From: a virus
Virus record (IMG/VR): IMGVR_UViG_3300025276_000021
Direction: 5' to 3' (one strand)
DNA: 64,000 nt
This document shows, one piece after another, positions 41,607 through 49,884 of the stretch (position 1 is its first letter; each line of letters starts with the position of its first letter). The notes under the pieces were generated by a model. It ran no database searches. It was not told the origin of the DNA and saw nothing but the letters and a program-made list of their open reading frames with translations. The translations under genes were made by a program, and so were the position numbers.

Positions 41607-42229
41607 CGTATGTTAACAAGTTCTATGTCCATAGTAATTGTAAGTCTTTCATCATTACCGAAGTATGGAGTTACCTCATGCCAAACATGGGCAGGTATAA
41701 TTACTATAGAATTTTTTTCTGTTTGTATTTCGTGTTGCGGATTTGTTCTGGCTCGCACTGTATTATTAAAAGAAGGATCGTGCAAAATTAGCTTGCCTCC
41801 ATGCATATCATTATCTACAGAATCTAAGTAAAATACTGCAACCAATGCGTTACCTCTATGACAATGAATTTGTTTATAGTCGCCCCTTTTCATAAACGGC
41901 ATCTTGCCCATAGTTACTTGCATAGCATCATATACTTCCTCAAGTTCAGCACTCGGCTCATATTCTTGGAGAAGTTCTAAGAAAGAGACTGCAAAAAAAT
42001 TATACAGTCTAGTCATAAAAGGATAAGTTTTTAGATTGAAATCTGAGAACACGGGAACATTCTCTAATTCTCCAGCTTCCCTAAAACTTATTTTATTTTC
42101 AGCCATATATTGCATCATAAGAGCCTGACAAAAGGCTTTCAAAGATTCATTTTCATCATCTGTAAAATCTATCTTCGATCTAAATATTTTTGTTGGAAAT
42201 ATAGTTTCAATCATAATATTCTCTTTCAT
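41603..42229 (-). CDS. 2OG-Fe(II) oxygenase-like protein
   Basis: IFPTKIF start, HCH, AVFYL, GGKLILHDP, WHEVTP, RLTI; double-stranded beta-helix oxygenase pattern common in marine phages. Confidence 0.85.
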   Translation of the reverse strand: MKENIMIETIFPTKIFRSKIDFTDDENESLKAFCQALMMQYMAENKISFREAGELENVPVFSDFNLKTYPFMTRLYNFFAVSFLELLQEYEPSAELEEVYDAMQVTMGKMPFMKRGDYKQIHCHRGNALVAVFYLDSVDNDMHGGKLILHDPSFNNTVRARTNPQHEIQTEKNSIVIIPAHVWHEVTPYFGNDERLTITMDIELVNIR

Positions 42230-43244
42230 ATGGACTCACTTTAGCGTCAAGCCTATTTAGAGCAATAATATCGCTTGCCATTGATTTCATGTGTTGACAA
42301 TGATCTTCAACCATGTTATATTCTTTTAAGTCTTTTATAGTTTTTGAACACCCATTACATATCTCAAACATAGGACAAGAAAAACACGCTTTTTTTAAAC
42401 TCATTAAATTTATATCATTCTTTAATGGAGTTGTAAAGCCACCTTTCATTTCATAATCGAAATCAATAGCTTTGTCTAAATCGTCACCAAAAGCGCCACA
42501 AGAGTAGTAGTCACCTTCCGGCTGTATCGTGCGAATATGACTATCACAATCTCTGGCCTGCGGGCAGATCGTTACGCCGCCGCGTAATCGTTTCAACATC
42601 TGTTGAGTGTTATGTTCCCAGTCAGATAATCCAGCTTTCCAAATTTCGATATATCTTTCATAAATCTTAGATAGTCGATATGGCGCTGATTGTGACCCTG
42701 AAGCCATAGCATAATTCACTTTGCAAACTACGTCCATTTTCTTTGCTAATTCTACGGTCTTGACTGCTGTATGTTCGTTTTCTTCAACAATTACTGCAAT
42801 AAATGACGGTCTATATCCAACATGCTCTAACATTGCATCCGAACATTTCCAGAAATCTTCCTCTGTAAACTCACTATAATCGCCTTTAAGTCTACCGCCG
42901 CCATATTGAAAAGATGTTGAAACACCAACTCTACGATGATTAAATAATTCTTTCCATTTCATCGGTTTCATCAAGAACGGATACAAATTAGATGTAAGTG
43001 ATATCGTTGCCGGCATGTCATACTTATCAAGAAATTCTATGATTTTCCAATAGTAGTTAGGACGCATCATAAGAGGATCGCCGCCATTAACAATGATTGT
43101 TTTTGTATCTGGGAATCTATGCAAAAACTTAAAAATCTTATTCAAATCAAGTATAGCCGTATTATCATCTACGGTAATTTTAGATGAAGAACAAAAAGAA
43201 CATTTAAAATTACAAAGTTCTGTTGGCTTGAGGATTAAGTCCAT
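42207..43244 (-). CDS. Radical SAM/SPASM protein
   Basis: KPTELCNFKCSFC, NGGDP, CPQARDC...YYSC...CFSCPMFEICNGC...HC. Confidence 0.95.
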   Translation of the reverse strand: MDLILKPTELCNFKCSFCSSSKITVDDNTAILDLNKIFKFLHRFPDTKTIIVNGGDPLMMRPNYYWKIIEFLDKYDMPATISLTSNLYPFLMKPMKWKELFNHRRVGVSTSFQYGGGRLKGDYSEFTEEDFWKCSDAMLEHVGYRPSFIAVIVEENEHTAVKTVELAKKMDVVCKVNYAMASGSQSAPYRLSKIYERYIEIWKAGLSDWEHNTQQMLKRLRGGVTICPQARDCDSHIRTIQPEGDYYSCGAFGDDLDKAIDFDYEMKGGFTTPLKNDINLMSLKKACFSCPMFEICNGCSKTIKDLKEYNMVEDHCQHMKSMASDIIALNRLDAKVSPYEREYYD

Positions 43245-43777
43245 GGAGAATTTTTAATGTTAAAGCCAAAATTCATAGTAATTCTTTCCACGCAGGGCGC
43301 TCGAAAATGTTCGACCCTATGTTCAAATTTTAAATCTTGACTTGCTAATATAACATCGTATTTTCTTGGCATGTGAAACGCTGTAATTCTTTTGTTTTCT
43401 TCCATATTTCTAAACATGATTTCTCCACCGTTATTAGGGTCCATGTCTGTAAAGTATAATAGAAAAAATACATTAGCTCCTTCTAGTAGATCGTTATGCC
43501 AGTTACAAGAGGACTGCTCGGTGCCATTCCAAATAGAAGAATAGACTATTTTTCTTGCGTTCTCACTGCTATCATATTCTTGCAAGTATGTGTCGTAAAG
43601 TAGATTTGCAGTTTTAATCATTTTCTGTCGCATGCCTTGTAAGTAATAATTCCATGCGACACTAAAAGTTTTTTTGTCGCCATATCTCATATTAAACCAT
43701 TTGAGTTTCGGAATAGTATCCTCAACATGGACAAACATATCTGATCTATTACTTAAAGTATATCCTTCATCTCTCAT
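43235..43777 (-). CDS. 2OG-Fe(II) oxygenase
   Basis: WHND (HxD), LLYF, GGEIMF, EHRV, ERIT: facial triad plus 2OG-binding Arg. Confidence 0.88.
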   Translation of the reverse strand: MRDEGYTLSNRSDMFVHVEDTIPKLKWFNMRYGDKKTFSVAWNYYLQGMRQKMIKTANLLYDTYLQEYDSSENARKIVYSSIWNGTEQSSCNWHNDLLEGANVFFLLYFTDMDPNNGGEIMFRNMEENKRITAFHMPRKYDVILASQDLKFEHRVEHFRAPCVERITMNFGFNIKNSPWT

Positions 43778-44351
43778 TCGCTTCCCTCACCCAGTAATAT
43801 TCGTTTCTCTCAAAACCCATTCGTTTCATTAGTCTGCAATCATAAGGACTATGTGGTATTCTGTAATAGTTCATAGTTGAGTATATATATTCAAGCATTA
43901 GACCCGAAGGACAAATTATTTTTTTGTTGCCTAACAATTTTATTATATCTTGCCACTGTTGCTTCAAAAATTGTTGAGCTTCACTTTTAGATTTTTTATT
44001 CATATAACCTACATTTCCAATTCTACCTATTATCACTTCATTTTTAAAAATATGTGCCATGCATATTGCCTTTTCGAGTTTTTTATCACTATCGCAATGA
44101 GGCATTGTAGGTTCACTTTTTTTAGAAATCATACAATCTTCGTATATCTCAGGATCACTTTCTTTTGTGCCATACCAAATAAAAAAGTGTGCTTGTCTAG
44201 GAGAAATTCTAACCACAAACGGATGCTGTATGGGTAAAATATCTAATTTAACATCAATGTAATTAGGCAGATCAATATCAAGAGATTGCGCTGGCTCTTT
44301 GTAATCGTACATTGTCGATATATCTGTGCGTAATTTTGTAGACACATTCAT
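43767..44351 (-). CDS. Hypothetical protein in the radical SAM cluster
   Basis: Coupled ORF between enzyme genes; true start may be the later MYDYKEP. Ends MKRMGF, weakly reminiscent of GNAT folds. Confidence 0.65.
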   Translation of the reverse strand: MNVSTKLRTDISTMYDYKEPAQSLDIDLPNYIDVKLDILPIQHPFVVRISPRQAHFFIWYGTKESDPEIYEDCMISKKSEPTMPHCDSDKKLEKAICMAHIFKNEVIIGRIGNVGYMNKKSKSEAQQFLKQQWQDIIKLLGNKKIICPSGLMLEYIYSTMNYYRIPHSPYDCRLMKRMGFERNEYYWVREANER

Positions 44352-45333
44352 CTAAAACTTCCTCTGCGTGTTTATAGTCATGCGACATAAAACAGCCTAG
44401 AGTACATCTTTGAAAATACTCACATGTAGAACAGTTATATTTTTCTACAAATGCCTTTTCTATAGGAGTATTATCCATAGGTTGTATATCTGTTTTATAC
44501 ATTGCTTTATCATCAGGCTCTTGAACTAAGTTTCCACATAGACACATAGTTCCATCTTCCAACACAAGTTTTGATGATCTGCAACTAATGCAGTTTTTTT
44601 CATTTTCAATCCAAGAACGAATAGGATCAATTTTAGGGTAGTTATCTATAAAGTGTTTGAATATATTCAGCATGTCTTGGTCTGATGGTGCGCTTCTTTT
44701 CGCTTGACAATCTGGCATATAATAGTCTGCGTATAGATAAATGCCATCGTCATATAGTTGACGTAAAACTCCCTCTGTCTCTTTTAACCAAAATTTTATA
44801 TTCGGCCTAGTGAGCAAAATACCAATACCATCTAACTCATCTTTAAAGTATTTGATATTTTCTAAGAATATTGCTAAATTCGGTTTATTGAATCTGCCAG
44901 CAGGGTCGTATGAAGTAACAAGTTTACTTTTTATGCCATGAGAACGACAATATGAAAGCAAATCATTAATTTGGTCTCTTTTACTTACCACTAAATTAGT
45001 GACCCAATTAATTCTTGTTTTTTTATTATATTTTTTTCCTAATTCTCCAATACCTTTGGCGAGATCCTTATAATCAGAGAATAGAGATGAATTGAATATC
45101 TCATCTGCAAAAATTTCTCCACCCATGATATTAAATACAACATTGATTCTATTTTCAGTTTTTAGAAAATCTTCTATGGGAACAAGTTTATCTAATACAG
45201 TATCAATTCCTACAATGTTATCGTGATTTTGCCAGCAGAATGGACAAGATAGATTGCAAAATTCGAATAGATGTATAGTGTATTCTTGCTGAGAGTCTCG
45301 CTTATCTCTTAATATAAAGTCACTCAGTTCCAT
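44278..45333 (-). CDS. Radical SAM/SPASM-like protein
   Basis: CNLSCPFC, MGGEI, CISC...CLC...CSTCEYFQRCTLGC...EC. Confidence 0.93.
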   Translation of the reverse strand: MELSDFILRDKRDSQQEYTIHLFEFCNLSCPFCWQNHDNIVGIDTVLDKLVPIEDFLKTENRINVVFNIMGGEIFADEIFNSSLFSDYKDLAKGIGELGKKYNKKTRINWVTNLVVSKRDQINDLLSYCRSHGIKSKLVTSYDPAGRFNKPNLAIFLENIKYFKDELDGIGILLTRPNIKFWLKETEGVLRQLYDDGIYLYADYYMPDCQAKRSAPSDQDMLNIFKHFIDNYPKIDPIRSWIENEKNCISCRSSKLVLEDGTMCLCGNLVQEPDDKAMYKTDIQPMDNTPIEKAFVEKYNCSTCEYFQRCTLGCFMSHDYKHAEEVLDECVYKITHRYIDNVRLQRASAIS

Positions 45334-45994
45334 TTAATGTGTCCGCTGAAATACCCCAAGTTAGTATGAACATGGGATTGTTTTCGTGCGCCCAGAAACT
45401 ATACATGCCTTTTCCTCCAAACATATAGTCGTTAAAGTATTTTGAATAATATTTTAGATTATCAGTTTCTACAGAATTGTAATAGTAAAAAAATCTTTTG
45501 TTTTTGAGGAGACTGACGAAATTTATCCCTTTAATATCATCTGTAGGATCTTCAGGGTGATCAGTAACAAATTTTTTCAAGTCATCGTCCTGTATGATAT
45601 ACATATTATATAAAGTTAGAGAATCTAGTTTAGACGTAAAATTTTTCAATTCTTCCCGATGATCTTCAATAAACTTTGCAATACAAGGATAACATTGATC
45701 GACAATAACTGGAAGCTTTTTGTATATCAATAAAATGTCAATTAATACATTTTCCAAAACATCTATATTTAATATCTGAGTAAATTTCAAATAGTGAGAT
45801 GCCAATTCAAATAAATCGCTTTCTCCTATTTTAATATCGCAAGGTATTTCTAAATTGCTAAGGTATACAAGTAAACTTTCGCCTTGCAATTTTGAATTTT
45901 CGTAGTCAATTAAAAATTTAGTTTCCTTGTCTGTAAAATATTTTTTTAAATCTTCAATACCCAAAGGGGCTGTTACCATAATAATTTCGCTCAT
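45320..45994 (-). CDS. Hypothetical protein in the radical SAM cluster
   Basis: ORF track starts it at 46063; ATG 45994 (MSEIIMVTAP) follows an AGGAG site and avoids overlap. Family not recognised. Confidence 0.75.
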   Translation of the reverse strand: MSEIIMVTAPLGIEDLKKYFTDKETKFLIDYENSKLQGESLLVYLSNLEIPCDIKIGESDLFELASHYLKFTQILNIDVLENVLIDILLIYKKLPVIVDQCYPCIAKFIEDHREELKNFTSKLDSLTLYNMYIIQDDDLKKFVTDHPEDPTDDIKGINFVSLLKNKRFFYYYNSVETDNLKYYSKYFNDYMFGGKGMYSFWAHENNPMFILTWGISADTLNGTE

Positions 45995-46001
45995 AATATA
46001 A

Positions 46002-46829
46002 TTATCTCCTACCTCTTGCCGAGTGACATGACGAGTGGCATGATGAATGACACACACTCTCACTAATGCTTATTCCACTTCCTAAATTAGCTACACTAAA
46101 CCATGCATCATAAAAATTCTGAAAAAGTTCTTCTAATTTTTCGTCTGTCAGTAAATCGTTTTGTGCAATTGGATTTGCAACATCAGAAGAATCGATTTCA
46201 AAACCATATTTATGATGTAAGATTGCAAAACCACTTGCTGTGACTGATGTATTTACACGCGCCGCACGGCGTAATTCTGTACTATATTTAATAGTTGCAA
46301 TAGCGCAGTAATGTTGCAAAAATTCATGTGTTAAAGGAGAACCATCATCATCCACTGTTGGACCATATACGTTATGAGTAACTTTAAATGCTTCCCTAGC
46401 CACATCTGAGATAAAAACAACATCGCCTGTTCTTGCGCTGTTTGCGTCTGTAGTACATGCTATTTGCCAATCGCAAGCAAAATTTCTATTTAATAGTGCG
46501 GCTGCGGTCGCTGCTGGGCTTTTCGCTGGAAGAGAGATATTGCCGCCAGGGCCTTGAACAATTCTTGTAAAATTGATTTTTCTAACCCGTGTATATTGAT
46601 TAACATCTTTCAGTAAAGCATTATAGATATCTTGAGCAGTTATTGGAGAATCTTTCAGATCTGGTATAGATGTTATTCCGGTAGTCGTACTACCATACAA
46701 GGATGGCAATAAGGTAGGTGCAGGTGATGTATTTTCTCCGTAGACGATATGATTATTTATTCTGTCTGTAACAAATTCTTTATATTTTGTTAGTGTCGGA
46801 TTTTCTGTTGCTGGGTTACTGATTGCCAT
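46002..46829 (-). CDS. Putative substrate/precursor protein with C-terminal (CHSS)n-RGRR tail
   Basis: AGGAG site; ends SVCHSSCHSSCHSARGRR; sits among radical SAM genes. The ORF is solid, the role is inferred. Confidence 0.7.
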   Translation of the reverse strand: MAISNPATENPTLTKYKEFVTDRINNHIVYGENTSPAPTLLPSLYGSTTTGITSIPDLKDSPITAQDIYNALLKDVNQYTRVRKINFTRIVQGPGGNISLPAKSPAATAAALLNRNFACDWQIACTTDANSARTGDVVFISDVAREAFKVTHNVYGPTVDDDGSPLTHEFLQHYCAIATIKYSTELRRAARVNTSVTASGFAILHHKYGFEIDSSDVANPIAQNDLLTDEKLEELFQNFYDAWFSVANLGSGISISESVCHSSCHSSCHSARGRR

Positions 46830-46838
46830 TGTTATCTC

Positions 46839-47882
46839 CTAGACATTTTTTGCCAATTCCATCATTAAGCTCTTAGGAGCTCCACAAATATCTTTTTCCC
46901 ATCCTAGCTGATGGCAATCGCCGCCACAAAATTTCGAAACTGGACAGGAATAGCATAATGGATTTCTCATCTTTTCTTCAATAATATTTCGTATTCTCTT
47001 AGGACTATTTATAAGAGTTTGTATGCTATCATCTAAGTTACCGAATTGAAATTCTGGCGCACTGTTCGGACAACCACTAATTGTTCCATCACCATTTATA
47101 GTGAATAATTTTTCTTCACAATCACGACAAAACGTGCCGCATTTTGTCTGAGTCTTTTCAAACTTAGAATACACATTTTCAAGAAAATCGTTGTCAAACC
47201 AATCTCTCGCACCATACTTTTCACTCTGCATATGCATTTTTAAAAAGTAGGCATCAAGTTCTTTGTTAGATGGAAATATCTCTGATGCATTTCTAGCATT
47301 GCCATTATTCGTAAGACGTTCTAAAGATACCTCTTGAACACCTAATCTACGGCACCATCTTAGCAATGTAATGGGATCTTTTTCAAGAGTATCTTTAGTC
47401 AAACTAATAAACAAACGTATAGTAATACCTTGACTTAATAATGTCTTGACATTTTTGTGCCATAAGCTATATTGTTTATTATTATCGAAACGAATTTTAC
47501 GATCCCAAGACGTGCCAAGTCTACTATTCAGAGGACCTTTGATAAAATCAATATGCTGATCTTTTAATTTGAATACTAGATTAGTTGTTGCACCCCAACT
47601 CATACGATCCCAGAGACCATCACATGCATCATACACTTTACGCATTTGACCTACAGGTACAAGAAAAGGTTCACCTCCGTGAAACTCCATGTGTATGCTA
47701 TCGTATGTCGCATCTCTTGGTCTATGAGATGCAAGGTGTGCTTCTTTTCTAAATCTATGAATCCAATCAATTATCTTATTTGGATTCCAATAGATTTTTG
47801 CACCATTACTACCGCTTGTAAAGCAGTGGGCACAATTCAGTTGACAGGTTTCTGTTGTTTTTAGGTACATTAACCAATTCAT
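46839..47882 (-). CDS. Radical SAM/SPASM protein
   Basis: KTTETCQLNCAHC, FHGGEP, CGTFCRDC...GC...CYSCPVSKFCGGDC...C. Confidence 0.95.
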   Translation of the reverse strand: MNWLMYLKTTETCQLNCAHCFTSGSNGAKIYWNPNKIIDWIHRFRKEAHLASHRPRDATYDSIHMEFHGGEPFLVPVGQMRKVYDACDGLWDRMSWGATTNLVFKLKDQHIDFIKGPLNSRLGTSWDRKIRFDNNKQYSLWHKNVKTLLSQGITIRLFISLTKDTLEKDPITLLRWCRRLGVQEVSLERLTNNGNARNASEIFPSNKELDAYFLKMHMQSEKYGARDWFDNDFLENVYSKFEKTQTKCGTFCRDCEEKLFTINGDGTISGCPNSAPEFQFGNLDDSIQTLINSPKRIRNIIEEKMRNPLCYSCPVSKFCGGDCHQLGWEKDICGAPKSLMMELAKNV

Positions 47883-48355
47883 ATTATGTTTTCTATATAA
47901 TCTTCAAGAGAAAAACTGAGAGTCAGGGCTTCACTATTATTAAATGCTTGGTGAAGAGTTCCTGAAGGAATATGAAAATACTCTCCTGAATTTATATCAT
48001 GCATAATACCATTCATTTCAATAGTTTTAGTTCCCTCACAACAGTAAATAATAACATCAAAAGGATCTGTATGAGGCTTAAAAGAAGGAGATCCTTTTTT
48101 GGCGTAAAATAAATGACATGTTACTGGACCTTCTGTATGATTATATTTTTTAGCAAGAGCAAGACATTCCTCATTCATAGTCCGACTGAAATTTTCCATT
48201 CGTTCTATTTTTATAGTATTATTTGAATTTTTTAGAACTTCACTAAAGTTGTGTGCTTTGTGTTCTTTGCCATCAAAATCAACAAAAAATACAGCATTTT
48301 GGTCATATAAAAGTGAATTTTGTAATATAGATAAAACAGTAGTTAAAGTAAACAT
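47879..48355 (-). CDS. JmjC/cupin-type oxygenase (YcfD/ROX-like core)
   Basis: SFKPHTD..DV...EGTKT...GEYFHIPSGTLHQA...LSF matches the HxD...H JmjC pattern. Confidence 0.8.
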   Translation of the reverse strand: MFTLTTVLSILQNSLLYDQNAVFFVDFDGKEHKAHNFSEVLKNSNNTIKIERMENFSRTMNEECLALAKKYNHTEGPVTCHLFYAKKGSPSFKPHTDPFDVIIYCCEGTKTIEMNGIMHDINSGEYFHIPSGTLHQAFNNSEALTLSFSLEDYIENII

Positions 48356-48383
48356 TCACACCCTTTCACATTATGTAAATACT

Positions 48384-48412
48384 ATTATATAGCATAAAAA
48401 TATATTTGTCAA
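48384..48412 (-). promoter_or_regulatory. Consensus sigma70 (early-type) promoter for the radical SAM cluster
   Basis: Minus strand TTGACA (48412-48407), 17 nt, TATAAT (48389-48384), then GAAAGGG and ATG 48355. Confidence 0.9.
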
Positions 48413-48427
48413 CCATTATTTTAGGGG

Positions 48428-48455
48428 TTGACATTTCTGAAAATTCTGTTATAAT
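48428..48455 (+). promoter_or_regulatory. Divergent consensus sigma70 promoter, antisense to structural genes
   Basis: TTGACA (48428-48433), 16 nt, TATAAT (48450-48455) preceded by TGn. Confidence 0.75.
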
Positions 48456-48486
48456 AAGATTCTTCTTAGTGAGAGGGCAGTATGTT

Positions 48487-49674
48487 TTAAAGTTTCAATA
48501 CACATTCTACAAGCTTTTCTTCAATAGAAGTATTTGTTTCTAAAGCAACTCCTACAATAGCAGCGCCATCATACTCTTTAGATGCACAACCATTATTGTG
48601 AGCATACAAAGTTTCACCTTTACTTACAGCACCAACAACTCTTACTGGAACACGACCTTTTAGCGCAAGAGCCTGACCTTCTGTATCTGCATTCATAAGA
48701 AATGCGGGTTTTAATGATATCACTCCTATAGGCAATCCAAATACATTACACTCATCAGTTTCAGCCTCATCAGTCACAGACACTTTCATAACCGTGCCAA
48801 CAGGATATTCTATATCAGTTGTATATTTTTCTGCGAGGTCAGCGAAGTTTGCAGACGTAGCTAAACCGTAAAATGTGTGAGCATATACGCCCTTAAGTTT
48901 AGCACCTGTTGAACCAATATCGTATAGATTATCGTTAGCTGATTGAATAGTCATATCAGCATTTATTTCCATACTATCATTTAAGCTAACAGGTCCGTTG
49001 AAAATAACTGTACCCGTGTTTGTAAAAGTGTTAGTGTTGCTCATTGTTCTAGATGCTGTTACATTAGCGGCTACATTTGACCTTTCAAAAACAGAAGGAA
49101 TAACATCAGCAGGAATGTCTGTACCATCATCTGTTATCATGCTAGAAGGAATATTGGGTATTCTATCGATTAAAAATATTCCTGATGTTATCTTACTAGT
49201 TGCAAGTGATGGTATTCTATCCTCGTGAAATTGTCCCATTGTAGTTTGGTTAGCATTTAAGTATGGTAATCTAGCTATAGCTATAGTTCCTGTAGTAATG
49301 TTAGACGCATCAAAATTAGGAAGTAAAGCAGGATTAAAAGTACCGGTTGTAATTTTACCTGCATCTAATGCAGGAATATCGCCCTGAGTCAGCGCCCTTC
49401 TTACAAAAGTAAAGACGCCTGTTGCTGCAGAATAACTTAGTTCGCAATACGTGCCGCCGCCAGATGTTGTCGCACTTAATTGATTTTTAGCAAGTTGAAG
49501 CGTAGATCCGCCAATATTAGTTTTAGTTTCTATAGAATTTATAGCACTAACTATACTTGAACTATCCGCTGTAGTAAGTGCGTCCAAATCTCCAATATAT
49601 GTTCCTAAAAGATTCGTCTTTTCTCGCCAACCGTTAACTGTGCTTGAGAGGTCTACATTTACAATTCTGGGCAT
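48487..49674 (-). CDS. Fibre-like protein with C-terminal autocleaving-chaperone-like domain (395 aa)
   Basis: STVNGWREKTN N-terminus, five DAxKITxGxFxxxR(I/L)P repeats, ADLAEKY...IGVIS..PAFLMN...LALKGRVPVRV tail resembling peptidase G2-type chaperones. Confidence 0.75.
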   Translation of the reverse strand: MPRIVNVDLSSTVNGWREKTNLLGTYIGDLDALTTADSSSIVSAINSIETKTNIGGSTLQLAKNQLSATTSGGGTYCELSYSAATGVFTFVRRALTQGDIPALDAGKITTGTFNPALLPNFDASNITTGTIAIARLPYLNANQTTMGQFHEDRIPSLATSKITSGIFLIDRIPNIPSSMITDDGTDIPADVIPSVFERSNVAANVTASRTMSNTNTFTNTGTVIFNGPVSLNDSMEINADMTIQSANDNLYDIGSTGAKLKGVYAHTFYGLATSANFADLAEKYTTDIEYPVGTVMKVSVTDEAETDECNVFGLPIGVISLKPAFLMNADTEGQALALKGRVPVRVVGAVSKGETLYAHNNGCASKEYDGAAIVGVALETNTSIEEKLVECVLKL

Positions 49675-49883
49675 TAGTCACCTAACTTTCTGGTTATTTC
49701 AACTAGCAGATTTTTAATATCTGATACTTCTGCCTTGAGTGATTGAAATTCTTGATTTTTAGCTCTTATCATTTTTTTTCGTTCTTTAGATTTTTCAATT
49801 TCAGCAATATTTGTATTTATGATTGCACCAGTTTCCTCATCAACCATAAAATCGTTTTCACCTTGGATTTTAGATAGTTGCAA
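49674..49883 (-). CDS. Small conserved T4-like protein (69 aa)
   Basis: DEETGAIINTN plus coiled-coil tail; coupled to neighbours; TTG start. Confidence 0.7.
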   Translation of the reverse strand: MQLSKIQGENDFMVDEETGAIINTNIAEIEKSKERKKMIRAKNQEFQSLKAEVSDIKNLLVEITRKLGD

Positions 49884-49884
49884 T

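Noticed and set aside
46005-46052. CHSSCH as a c-type haem attachment motif
   Set aside because: Spacing is CX3CH with overlapping units rather than CXXCH, and there is no signal peptide or cytochrome c maturation gene.
40680-47882. Radical SAM genes as DNA-modification (QueE), NrdG or MoaA-type enzymes
   Set aside because: No queC, queD, folE, dpdA, nrdD or moa partners here, and the Cys-rich tails plus adjacent Cys/His-repeat protein fit peptide maturases better. Not fully excluded without a search.
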